Part shown: positions 13,975-26,436 of the stretch, piece after piece
Layout of the letters: each line of letters starts with the position of its first letter
Numbering within the stretch: the first letter of the stretch is position 1
Source of the DNA: Octopus sinensis
Lineage: Eukaryota
Assembly: GCF_006345805.1 (NCBI RefSeq)
Contig: NC_043016.1
Span: forward strand, 1,054,001 to 1,118,000
Direction: 5' to 3'
Length of the DNA: 64,000 nt
The notes under the pieces: model-generated
The model's database searches: none
Told to the model about the DNA's origin: nothing
The model's input: the letters and a program-made list of their open reading frames with translations, nothing else
Position numbers and translations under genes: made by a program

Positions 13975-14863
13975 GCAGGTGTAATCAAATATTTTTACTT
14001 TCGACACATGTTTCGAAAATTCCACTGATACTATTCAAAAGAATAAATGGTATAAACAATGCAATCTTCTCCTCAGGAAAGTGAAAAAAAACCGAAACTC
14101 GTCAATACGACATTTTAGCAAAAAATGATGGATTTGTATAGCGATAGACAGAACGCTATTAATATTGTTTAAAAAAACCTTATATGATATTAGGTCATAA
14201 GTAGCTAACAGAAAGAGTAGGGATATTAATAGTGAATGTTAAATATAAAGGAAATTAAACTTTAAATTATATATAATGATAGAGACTACTTATATGCACT
14301 AAATGTATGTTTTTGCCAATGCTTACATCTGTATGCTCGCTCTATTACCGTGTTTACTAGAGAATTTTTAGAAAAAATAATGAAAAATAGCTCAGAATTG
14401 CAGAGAAGACAAAATTTCTTGCCTTTGTCATATGGTATCGAAATGAAATTGTTCATTGTGGTCTTTTAAATCCCAAATCAGTTTGCTGAGGCCGGTACTA
14501 TTCCGTTTATTTCTATCCCTAAATGTTGAGTAATGGATAGAAATTCTTTTAGATAACTCTAACGATGTGCTTCCAATGTAAAATCGTACTTTATTACGAG
14601 TACTGATTATACATTGGTATATAGAATTTTTAATCTCAGAGTTACTTGACATAAACTTAATTCTAGTGGAATTGACTTCAGATACAATAACCTTGTTATT
14701 AATATTTCTAGAGGGTTGGATGGTATTAGCTAAATTAATGTTAGTATTAGTAAATGCATTAATATTTAACAGTTTGTTATTATGAGAAGAGATAATTTGC
14801 AAGAGATTTTTTGTGTTTGAAAAACCTATCCTAATCTTATGTGAATTGATTATAGAGTAATAA
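13975..14863 (-). mobile_element. Penelope-like element 3' fragment (GIY-YIG endonuclease plus pseudo-LTR with hammerhead)
   Basis: ORF 14428-14967 contains SIYQC...FYIGSTS and NSTGLSKLIWDLK, preceded by KIRIGFSNTKNLLQIISSHNNKLL, a PLE-type linker; hammerhead lies downstream on the same strand. Confidence 0.75.
13997..14082 (-). ncRNA. Type I hammerhead ribozyme in the 3' region of a Penelope-like element
   Basis: Minus strand reads ACUUUC-CUGAGGA-[GAAGAUU...AAUUUUC]-GAAAC-AUGU-GUC-GAAAGU: 6-bp stem I, intact core, 55-nt stem II hairpin, palindromic ACAUGU stem III, GUC cleavage triplet. Confidence 0.85.
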
Positions 14864-17390
14864 GAGACAAATCGCCGGGTTTGGATGGTCTGCCCTACGA
14901 GCTTTACAATTGTATGCCAGACTTGTTTGGAAACGTCTTGGCAGCGGTGTACTGCAACTGGCAGCAAAACGGGAGCATTCCTGGTTTTGTGAGCCGAGGA
15001 GCCGTAACGCTGCTGAAGAAAGATCTAAACAAGGGAAATGTAATAGATAACTTTAGGCCCATCACTCTGCTTAATGCAGACTTGAAAATATTGGCCAAGG
15101 TGTTAGCCAAGAGGTTGGCGCTTGTCATCGAGAAACTGGTCGACAAGGCGCAAACGTGCGCTGTGCCGGGCCGGACCATCCATGACAACCTCCACCTGAT
15201 GCGCTACATCATAGACAGGGTAGTTAACGAACCTGGCATGGGTGGGGCGCTGATCAATTTGGATCAATCGAAAGCTTTCGATAGGGTAGACCATCGATAC
15301 TTGGAGGCAGTCCTCAGAGCGGCTGGCTTCGGTCCCATCTTCCGCGGCTGGATAGCCGCTTTGTACAGAGGCATCCGTTCGGTAATTCGCGTAAATGGAC
15401 ATCTATCGAAACATTTCGACATCGCACGTTCAGTCCATCTCGTCGCTTCTACACGTATTGACACTCGAGCCACTATTGCGGAAGCTGGCAAGCCTGAGGG
15501 GCATCCCGTGAGAATTGGGATGCGGGATTAGCATGTCTGAATACGCAGACAACGTCACCGTCATAGTGTCTAGCCACGAGCACATCGAGCAGGTCGGCGA
15601 GACACTGAAAAACTACGAAGCGGTGACAGGAGCAAAAATTAACCGGGAAAAGTCAGTGGGCTTGCAACTAGGCACCTGTAGAAGCAAGCCCATGCCGTCC
15701 ACCAGCGCCTCCGTTGTGGGACGCTGGACCGACGGCCCGGTCGAGTTGCGCGGGGTCTGGTTCGGTCTGGACCTCCAAATGGAGAAGAACCGGAACGAGA
15801 TAACGAGTAGGGTGGTCACTCTCGTCCGGCATTGGGCCGAGAGGAAACTGTCCCTAAATGGTCGGGCGGAGGTGGCGAACTCGTACATCGCGTCTATCAT
15901 CTACTACCACCTGACCGTCGTGCCTTGTTCCGACCCTACCATCACCAAACTAGAACGCATTCTCTTCCGCTTCTTGTGGAAAGGATGCGTCCTGATGGTC
16001 AGGCGATGCATTTGCTGTCAACACCCGTTAAAAGGAGGACTGGGCATGCCGTGGTTGATGATGCGCAGACACGCGCTGAGACTGCAACATCTCAGGCTCT
16101 TCGTAGACGACGGTGAACAGGTGTGGTCGCCGTTTGTGAGGCACGCTTTCCGGCAGCTAGTCTCCATGACCAAACTGCAGTCGTGGATCAAAAAGAGGCC
16201 GAGTAAGGGCGAATGGCACCGCGAGTGTCGCGTTGCTCTCAAGCAACTCTGCCGTCCTGGGTCGACCTTGAGTGACTTCATCACAACCAAAGTACTCTAA
16301 AGGGGATTAGTGGAGGGGAGGTACGACGACGAGCTCGGGACGAACCTGGACGTCGACGAAGAGTACCTGACCCGCCTATTCCGGACGACTTTCGGGCAAG
16401 GGCCCATGGACAACTTCCAGAGATCCCTGGCCTGGCAGTGCTACCGAGAAGCGCTACCCGTTCGGGATAAGCTCTACAGACACGGCTCGAGAAACACGGT
16501 GCCGACCTGCCCGAGATGCGGTCAGAGCGACGAAACCGTTCTGCACGCACTCGTGCAGTGTCCAACAACTTCCGACCTGTGGGCTTATGTCGAACAACTG
16601 CTGTCACGTGTGGGACGAGTCGGTTTATCAGCTGAGTCTATCGTCAATATTGTCACGCCTCCTTCCTTCAAACGGGAAGGAAGAGCTATTTTCATCATCC
16701 TTGTGGCTATGGCGAAAGAATGTACCTGGTGGACGCGTCTGAAAGGATTGGAGACAAACACTTTCCTCTCTGGTCAATCTCTCATCAACTTCTTCAAGTA
16801 CCACTTGAAAAGGAAAGTGAGAGTAGAGAGGCAAGATTTGTCTAGCGAATGTCTTAAAAAAAGATGAGTGAATGTAGCAAGGATGGCACGTATGAATGAC
16901 GAAGCCACCTTGAGCATAATCCTCTGAACCCAGAAATTGAAAAAAGAGGGTTACCCACTTGCAAATAAATGTGGTAACATATAACAATATCGACCAAGGT
17001 TACCGTGGTCTTTTTCGTAGGCTTTTCTTCGCACGGATAAACCTTACTTGCTTTCCCCTTTACACCATATATCATAACGCTTTGATACACGATCCCTATT
17101 GATCGTTTTTTTTTTCCTCTTCCCCTTTTTTCCCCTTTTTTTCTTCTTTTTTCATTTCTCTTTTCCTTTGTTCCTTTTCCGTTTCTTTTTTTATTTTAAT
17201 TTTTAAATTTTTTTAATTTATTTATTAATTTTTTTTTTCTTTTCTTCCCTTTTACGATACCTTCGAAAACGTACGCCACCCCCTTTTTTTTTTTGTTCAT
17301 TTGTTTTTTGTTTTTTTCATACCCCAAAAGAAAGCTCTACCTTGTAACTTGTCCCATCTGTGGTGCGCCTGTGTGGCCAAATAAAGAAAC
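14864..17390 (+). mobile_element. Tx1 subfamily B copy 1, 5'-truncated (RT to 3' end)
   Basis: ORFs 14881-15531, 15515-16300 and 16310-16867 (CPRCGQSDETVLHAL); ends AATAAAGAAAC followed by (TATC)n. Confidence 0.92.
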
Positions 17391-17493
<103 letters not shown>

Positions 17494-20400
17494 CAGACGT
17501 GCTGTCACATCTGCTCCGAAGGTAATCGTTTTTTTTACTATTTATAGCCCAATTTTTCTGTACATTTTTGTAAATAAGGTGTGTAAGGCACCCAACTTTC
17601 GTTTGAGTGCTTTTCCAAGGGAGGAATTCGCCCCTAGGGGCAGTTTCAACCCTATTTAATTTGCGTAATTTTCTTCTTGAGATTTTTTAATGTCGAGAAA
17701 TTTTATTGCAGAACGCTGATCGCGTTCTTTAAGGACCAGCATTTTCCTAGTCTGGAAACGCTAGGAGAAAAAAAGAACGTATGCACGCAAAGTGCAAACC
17801 TGAATGACGTGGTAGTGAACGCTGCAACCACTTGCGGTAACAGCCTGTCACCACCACCCCCCCATCACTAACAACAACAACAACACCACACGAGACTACT
17901 ACTGCTACCGCCACCACCTCCACCACCACCACTACCTACCACTACCACCACACAACATAAATGATAAAAATGAAACTCACGCGAATACTATTAAGAAAAA
18001 CAACAACAAGAACAACAATAAAAATTAACTATCTAATAGTGAAGATGTTAATATAAAAAAATCAACAACACCAGTAATTTCGCAGATACTCTGCGTCAGG
18101 AGAAGGAAATAGTAACATTTACAAATGAAGAGCTAATAGAAACGAGAGCTCTCTTTACAACCCGTGGGCAAGATTTAGTGCTGCATACACATATAAATAA
18201 TATAAGAACAAATAGAAAATAGACAATTATATATAAAATTATAAGAAAAAACAAAAACAAAATGAACAGATTACAAAAAACGGATATAGAAAAATGTTTA
18301 AAAAGCATAATGAAAAAAAGAATATATAAACTAGGGTCCCCAGTTTAACACAGTAGTGGTCCGCTTCCCTAACCAGGGAATGGCAAAAGCTCACTCTACC
18401 GATGTTTTGGAAAATGATGATATCAAAATGGTACCTTATTTCAAAGGCCAGAGAGTGAGTAGAATTACTATTAAAAATGTACCCTACGAGATCCCGAACA
18501 AATGGATAACAGGGGCAATCTGTTACCATTTGAAAAGGTCAATATTTTAGAAACAGCCGTGTACCTAAACGACAATTGGGGTGGAAAACAGTAGTAGTAA
18601 CCATCCAGATTGTGGGGGCCTCTATCGAGAGCCTACCCGATAGGATCCACCTAGAAAATGGGCAAAGCCTATATGTTGTGGCAGAAGGCAAGAAGCCTAG
18701 ATGCTACAACTGTGGCAGCCCAGAGCATTTAATTGCCAGGTGCGCTCTAGCACAGAAAAAACAAGAAAGAACAAATCAGAAAACAAATAAAAAACCCTTG
18801 TTGCCAACACCAACACCAACACACTCAATTATGCAACAATGCCAAGAAGAAAACAACAAACCAGCATACAAACCCCAACAACATCACCAAGAAAAGAAAC
18901 AGTACAAACAAAATCACCGTTGACGACGCAACCAATTTATCATGCTGAACCAAAAGGTAGACCCACACAAACACCATGGACGACAATTAAAAAGACAGAA
19001 ATCAGTGACGAGAAGACAAATTCTACCCCTAATACCACAACAACACAAACACCGCACAAAACATCCACATTTTCTACAAGCATACATATTAACACAAATG
19101 CTTTGCCTTTACCCTCTTCTGATACGTCGGACGACGAAAGTTCGACGGAATGGCAAATAGCCACAGGGGGTAAAAGGAAAAAAATCAAAAAAGCCCACCA
19201 AACAAGGAAGTAAAGCACGGAGATATTTAACACCGGACAGCATCCCCCTGGACAATCAAAAAATCAATGAACCCGCAAAAGCACACACACAACTAACTGC
19301 AATAGAAACAGACAATAAAAAATTAATGGATTATATTGTATCCAACACGGACATCTGTGAAGATGACTTTAAGACAAACAATCATCCGCGCACCACACCA
19401 CCGAACATAAAAATTGTACACATAACACAAACACAATACCATACACTGAAAACAATATTTCCAAATGCGGTAGGCGGTTTCAACGTACCTCTCCAAAAAA
19501 CTATACAAAACCTCATCAAAGACACTACAAAAGAAGAAGAAAAAATGAAACTTTCGAATGAGTAAGTGACCTTCCCTCTTGCCTCATGTCTCTTCCAATG
19601 TTTTGTGTTGAACACAAATTTCTTAAACGTCAATTATGCTTAAATTAGGTGTGTAAATGCGCGTGGCTTGGCGTCGGCTTGGAATCAAGGTTACCCTCTA
19701 AACGACATCAAGTCACTGAACGTGGATATAGTAGCTATCAGTGAAACCAGACTCAGCAAGTCGCGGGCCCTCGCGTCCATGTTTGGCGATCAAATTTGAC
19801 ATTTATTTTTCTCCCTGTCTGCCGAACATGGGTGGTGGAGGTACCGCGGTGCGTTTTGGAAAGAGTCTAAATGTAAAAGTAAGAACAATATTCCTAGATG
19901 CGGAGGGTAGGCTGGTTGTCTTGGACGTGGATGGCAGAAATTGGTATGCATTCCGTCTGACGGCAGTTTATGCACCGTCCTTAACGGGTCGGGCGGATTT
20001 ATTCAGACGTCTAGAGGTTTTCGACTTAGATAAAACATATAGGCAGGGTCCCGGTTCCTGGAAACTGAACACGTCGCTCTTAGCGCGACAGGTTTACAGG
20101 AACCGGATTAGCGAGTTAATTAAGAGGGCGCTGACGGGAGCCGTCGTTAACAACCGCTTGTGGTTCGCCCTGAAAATGGCAATAAAATCGGAATCAATTA
20201 AGTTTAGCAATGAATTAGCGATAGATCGAAAGAGAGTAGAGGGAGACCTAGTTAAGAAACTAAAAGAGGCACTTACTACTGGAAGCGCAACCAACGTGCT
20301 GGCTGCGAGGATGGCCCTCGACCAACACCTCAACGTCAAGCACGAAGGTTGCGTCGTCAGAGCTAAAATGCGTGCCTTAAGGAATGAAGAGATCGAAGCT

Positions 20401-22866
20401 GCGCGAGAGGCCCGGGTAGCGGAGGCGCAGCGTGGCAACAGAGCCACCATTCGGTCTCTAATAGATCAACAGGGATGCAGTTTACTCGAACCCGAAAGGA
20501 TGTGTGAGGCCTTTCAACAGCACTTTGCTCGACTGTTTGGTGCGAGTGGTGGGTCGGAACGCGGGATGGATTTCAGTGCCTACCTGACCGACCTGCCGCG
20601 GCTCTCGGCAAGAGAAGCGGAGTGTTGTGAATGTCCCATCTCAGCCGCTGACGTGTGGGATGCGATGGCGGGCTGCGCGAGGGATAAGTCGCCTGGATTG
20701 GATGGTTTACCCTACGAGCTGTATTGCCAAATGCCAGAATTGTTTGGCGACCTCTTGGTATCAGTCTACTGCAACTGGCAACAAAACGGGAGAATCCCCG
20801 GTTTCGTGAGCCGAGGTGCAGTGACGTTGCTGAAGAAAGTCCCAAACAGGGGAATTTTATAGATAATTTCAGGCCCATCACTCTGCTCAACGCAGATTTG
20901 AAAATTTTGGCCAAAGTAATAGCCGAGAGGTTGCGCTTGTCATTGGTAACTGGTCGACTGGGCGCAAACATGCGCCGTGCCGGGCAGAACCATACATGAC
21001 AACTCAATCTGATGCGCTACATTGTGGACAGGGTAGGATCCTGGCATGGGTGGGGTGCTGATAAATTTGGATCAGTCTAAAGCCTTCGATAGGGTCGACC
21101 ATCGGTACTTGGCGGCCGTCCTCAGGGCGGCTGGCTTCGGCCCCGTGTTCCGCGGTTGGATCGCTGCCTTGTATAGCGGCATCCGATCGGTGATTCGGGT
21201 GAACGGTCACCTGTCGAAACCGTTTGACATCACGCGTTCGGTCCGTCAGGGGTGTCCCCTGTCGGCGCTTCTGTATGTATTGACTCTCGAGCCGCTACTG
21301 CGGAAGCTGGCGACACTGAGGGGCATCCCACGGGAACTGGGTTGCGGGACGAGCGTGTCGGCATATGCGGACGATGTCACCGTCATAGTGTCGAGCGACA
21401 AACACATCCAGAAGATAGGCGAGACACTAAGAAAATATGAAGCGGTGACGGGAGCAAAGATTAACCCGGAAAAGTCAGTGGGTTTGCTACTCGGCACCTG
21501 GAGAAGCAAGCCCATGCCGTCCGACTGCGGCTCAGTAGTGGGACGCTGGACGGACGGACCGGTTAAATTGCTCGGGGTCTGGTTCAGTCCGGACCTCTAA
21601 ATGGATAAGAACTGGGACGAGATCACGAGTAGAGTGGTCGCTCTCAGCCAAACATGGGCCGAGAGAAAGCTGTCTCTAAAAGGCGGGGCGGAGGGGCGAA
21701 CGCGTACATCGCATCCGTCATCGATTACCGCCTGACCGTCGTACCTTGTCCGACGCCACCATCACCAAACTGGAACGCATACTCTTCCGCTTCCTGTGGA
21801 AGGGTGGCGTTCCGATGGTGAGGAAGTCCATTTGCTGTCAACATCCGTTGAATGGAGGACTGGGCATGCCGTGGTTGATGATGCGCAGGCATGCGCTGAG
21901 ACTGCGACATCTCTGGAACTCATCGACGACGGTGAACAGGTGTGGGCGCCGTTTGTGAGGCGCGCCTTCCCGCAGCTCGTCTCACTGACCGAACTGCAAA
22001 CGTGGATCAAAAAGCGACCGAAACTGGGCGATTGGCACCGAGAGTGTCGCCAAGCTCTACAGTAGCTCTGCCGACCGGGGTCAAACTTTTGCAACTTACA
22101 AACGACTAAAGCGTTCTATAGAGGACTAGTAGAGGGGAGGTCCGACGACACACTCGGGGCAAACCTGGGCGTCGACGAGGAATTCCTAACCCGCCTGTTC
22201 AGGACGACGTTCGGGCCGGAGCCTATGGATAACTTCCAGAAATCCATGGCTTGGCAGTGCTATCGAGACGCACTACCTGTTCGAGAGAAGAGCTATAGAC
22301 ACGGTTCGAAAACCATCACCGGACCGACCTGCCCGAGATGCGATCAGAGCGACGAAACCGTTCTGCACGCACTCGTGCAGTGTCCAGATATTTCAGAGCT
22401 GTGGTCCTTCGTCGAACAACTGTTGTCATGTGTAGGTCAGGCTCGCCTATCGGCCGAGTCTATCGTGAATATTGTTCCACCACCTTCCTTTAAACGGGAA
22501 GGGAAAACGGTTTTCGTTACGCTGATGGCTATGGCTAAAGAATGTGTGTGGTGGACGCGTTTGAAATGACTGCAAAGAAACACCTTCCTCTCTGGTCAGT
22601 CTCTCGTCAACTTTTTCAAATACCACTTGAAAAGGAGGATGAGAATAGAGAGGACGGCTTTGTCGAACGAACGTTTTAATAAAAAGTGGGTAAAAGTGGC
22701 AAAAATGGTCAGTATGAAAGACGACACTATTTTAAGCATAAATCTGTAACTTAAAGAGACAACGAGAAGTAAGGCGACTTACTCATGTGTTCTTTTTCGA
22801 ATTGTCTGGGGTGACCTTGGTCTTTTTTGTAGGTTTTTCTTTCCAAGGCTACACCTAAACTGTGAA

Positions 22867-22899
<33 letters not shown>

Positions 22900-23047
22900 C
22901 TTTTTTATACACCACACAACCCACAGATCCCTATTGATCAAAGGTTTTTTTTTGTGCCCCACCCATCCCACCTCGAAAAGAAAAAATTGTACATTGTATT
23001 TCGTCCATTTTTATTCTATGTTTAGCCCTGTGTGGCTATAATAAAAA

Positions 23048-23048
<1 letters not shown>
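17494..23048 (+). mobile_element. Tx1 subfamily A copy 2, both ends present, ~320-bp deletion in APE, frameshifted
   Basis: ORF1 pieces 18356-19565 (CYNCGSPEHLIARC), ORF2 pieces 19741-20862, 21046-21600 (RQGCPLS, YADD) and 22225-22569; (TATC)n on both sides. Confidence 0.93.
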
Positions 23049-23049
<1 letters not shown>

Positions 23050-23120
<71 letters not shown>

Positions 23121-23138
23121 ATATCTGTCTGTCTGTCA

Positions 23139-23220
<82 letters not shown>

Positions 23221-23222
23221 AC
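23050..23222. repeat. (TATC)n tract
   Basis: Direct reading. Confidence 0.95.
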
Positions 23223-23304
23223 TAGTACGCATTTGTGTGTACACACACACACACATACATGTATAGCCATATCCATATTCATACATACATTTATACACAC
23301 ATAT

Positions 23305-23420
23305 ATGTAGCTGCGTCGTAATAAATTTGCTTTCCAACCACATAGTTTAATCCCATTGCATGGTACCATGGGTAAATGTCTTTCATTATAGCCCCGGACC
23401 GACCAAAGCCTTGTAAGTGG
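23305..23420 (+). mobile_element. Degenerate SINE head
   Basis: CCAACCACATAG...TATAGCCCCGGACCGACCAAAGCCTTGTAAGTGGAT resembles the SINE 5' half. Confidence 0.55.
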
Positions 23421-23499
23421 ATCTTTCTGGGAGAACGACTAAGTTATAAAGCCAAATCCTAACATCCTGCAACGTCTTCAGTGAGAACAATGCGTGACA

Positions 23500-24620
23500 A
23501 CAGAGAGAAAATTATGTCAAGTGCACAAGAAGCTATTCTGTCAAATGTCCAGATCTTATTTTCTTAGATCTAATGTAACGCTTAAAATTAATGATTGAAG
23601 ATCAGAATCGACGTAATGTGCCGATAAATAATTTGATTAAAAAAGAAGGTGAAACTTCTTGTGGGAAACCGTTTTTGGCTAGAAAAACGATGGTTTGAAA
23701 GGTATAAGAAGCACATGAATTTGAAACACTAAAATAACTCTTGAAACTACCAGCTATGATACAACTGCTTCTAATTATACTGAGCAGGTCATGAAAATGA
23801 TTGCTGAGGGAGGCTACACATCAGAGTACGCATACAATGTTGAAACTACACTTTTCTGGAAGCGAATGACTGCTAAAACTTTTATTTCTCGAAGAGAAAA
23901 ATCAACACCGGTATTTAAAGCTTCAAAAATCATCTGACATTTCTCTTGGAATGGGATGCCGTAGGTGATATGAATTTGAAGCCCCTGCACGTGTATTACT
24001 CTGAAAATCCATGGGATTTCAAGGGTTACACACGGTTTAATTTACTCTGATTTAGCGTTCAAATAAGAAGGTATGGATGACCTAGAGCCTTTTCAAGGTG
24101 TGTTTTACAAACGTTTTTGTCCTGCAGTAGAAGGGTACAATGCCAGACTTATTTCCAACAAAGCATTGCTTCTTTTGGGCAATGCCCTGAGTCATCCAGC
24201 GACTTAGATTACTTTTCTTCGCTCCGGCCAATAAATCAAGGCATATTGCAAAGAACTTTCAAACAACTTACGAAAGCAATTGATAGAAAGGATAAATCTT
24301 CAGTGAGATTTCGGGGAGACATTCGGATGCTGAGGATAATATAGCCGAATCATGGGATGTAGTAAAACCTTCAACTTTGAAGCGATTATCTCATGAGGAG
24401 CTGATGCAGTTTGAAAAAGAACAAATTGAGAATATAGATAAGACAACGAATGTTTTACGTACACTAATTAAATCGACTAAAACTTATTTCCAAAGCTTTA
24501 GCACTTGTAAAGGAAGGTCTGAGGCTTTTTGCTGATAATAATCCTACTCGTGAACATTACATACAACTTACAAGATATATTTACAATGAGCTCAGTTCCT
24601 ACACTGAGCTGTGCAAAGAG
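23500..24620 (+). pseudogene. Degenerate pogo/Tigger-like DDE transposase
   Basis: Manual translation gives AYNVETTLFWKRMTAKTFISRREKSTPVFKAS, GDMNLKPLHVYYSENP, KALLLLGNALSHP and LRPINQGI, matching Tigger motifs (DETGLFWK, KPMLIYHSENP, LLLDNAPGHP, QPMDQG). Confidence 0.75.
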
Positions 24621-24879
24621 ATGATGTATCATAAACAACAAACAACTTTGGATTAGTTCTTCACCACTGAGGCTAATGTTAGTGATAATGAACTCTAAGT
24701 TATTAAATATTGTCCTTCATGCTTCTAGTTACGCTACACCACCACACTTCACACAGTTGTCAACATCTTTTGTGGTAAGAACTTACTCTTACGATATTAC
24801 GATTCACAGTAATTCCCTTACGTACTCGTCTTAAAATGTTTTTGTTTTTATGTATCCATATTGTATTGTCATCATCATC

Positions 24880-25190
24880 CTCCTCATCATCATTTAACGT
24901 CCGTTTTCCATGCTGACATGGGTTGGACGGTTTGACCAGTGCTGGTAAGCTGGAAGGCTGCGCCAGACTCCAGTCTGATTCGGCATGGTTTTCTACGTCT
25001 AGATGCCCTTCCTAAAGATGCCAACCACTCCAAAAATATAATGGGTGCTCTTACGCGCCATCGGCACGGGTGCAATTTGCACAACACCAGTATCTGCCAC
25101 GAATGTGATTTTAGTTGATGGCTCTTCTCAAGCACGGCATAATGCCAAAGGTCTCAGTCGTTCAACATTTTCTCCGTAAGGTCCAACCCT
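24880..25190 (-). mobile_element. RTE-related LINE/SINE 3' end with (GAT)n tail
   Basis: Minus strand ends ...GGACGTTAAATGATGATG and contains a degenerate AGGAAGGGCATC..G.CGTAGAAA motif that I associate with RTE-type tails. Confidence 0.5.
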
Positions 25191-25417
25191 CGATAGGTAC
25201 TGAAGAAACATAATCTGACTTGACAACATGAAAATCAATAGAAAAATTAATTTCACATTACGGGATTTTGCGTTAAGGCCAGATTTTACTGAACGCATTA
25301 CTTCAGTAAAGCGAGGAGTTCATATCGGTCGATCGATCGATCCATCCATCCATCCATACATCCATCCATCCATACATGCATACATACATACATACATACA
25401 TACATACATACATACAT

Positions 25418-25482
<65 letters not shown>

Positions 25483-25858
25483 GGTGTGGCTGTGTGGTAA
25501 GTTGCTTGCTTACTAGCCACATGGTTCCGGGTTCAGTCCCACTGCGTGGCACCTTGGGTAACTGCCTTCTACTATAGCCTCGGGCCGACCAAAGCCTCGT
25601 GAGAAGATTTGGTAGACGAAAACTGAAACTGTATGTGTGTGTATATGTTTGCGTGTCTGTGTTTGTACCCCCAACATCGCTTGACAACCGATGCTGATGT
25701 GTTTACGTCCCCGTAACTTAGCGGTTCGGTAAAAAGAGCCCGATAGAATAAGTACTAGGCTTACAATGAAAAAGTCCTGAGATCGATTTGCTCGACTAAA
25801 GGCGGTGCTCCAGCATGGCAACAGTCAAATGACTGAAAACAGTAAAAGAGTAAAAGAT
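25483..25858 (+). mobile_element. tRNA-derived SINE, near full length
   Basis: A-box-like GGCTGTGTGGTAAG, B-box-like GGTTCAGTCCC, central (TG) linker, AAAAGAGT tail. Confidence 0.88.
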
Positions 25859-25877
25859 ATATATATGTGTGTGTGCG

Positions 25878-25909
<32 letters not shown>

Positions 25910-26039
25910 CAGGGTGTCCCCAAAAAATGTATACACATAGTGGTTCGGCAAAAGAGAACGATAGAATAAGTACTAGGCTTACAAAGAATAACAAATATGC
26001 AATTATTTAAGGTGTGTATACATTTTTGGGGACACCCTG
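25910..26039. mobile_element. 130-bp Tc1/mariner-type MITE with a SINE-derived interior
   Basis: 26-27-bp TIRs CAGGGTGTCCCCAAAAA(A)TGTATACAC with TA on both sides; interior 25938-25991 matches the SINE segment GGTTCGGCAAAAGAGA.CGATAGAATAAGTACT.GGCTTACAAAGAATAA. Confidence 0.8.
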
Positions 26040-26297
26040 TATATATATATATGTGTGTGTATATATATATATAAATTTAACAAACCATCCATGTAATTGT
26101 ACGCGTGTATATCAGAAGAAGGAGGTGGAGGAGGAAAAAGGGAAGAGGCACTTACGTGTTTAAGCAAGAAAAATGGAGAGGAAGAGGAACCAATTAGGGG
26201 CTGAGAAATTGACTGCCCGAATCGCTAGAGGGAGAGTGAGAGAGAGATACTTACAGAGAGGGAGATAGAGAGAGCGAGAATGAGAGACAATTAGGGA

Positions 26298-26436
<139 letters not shown>

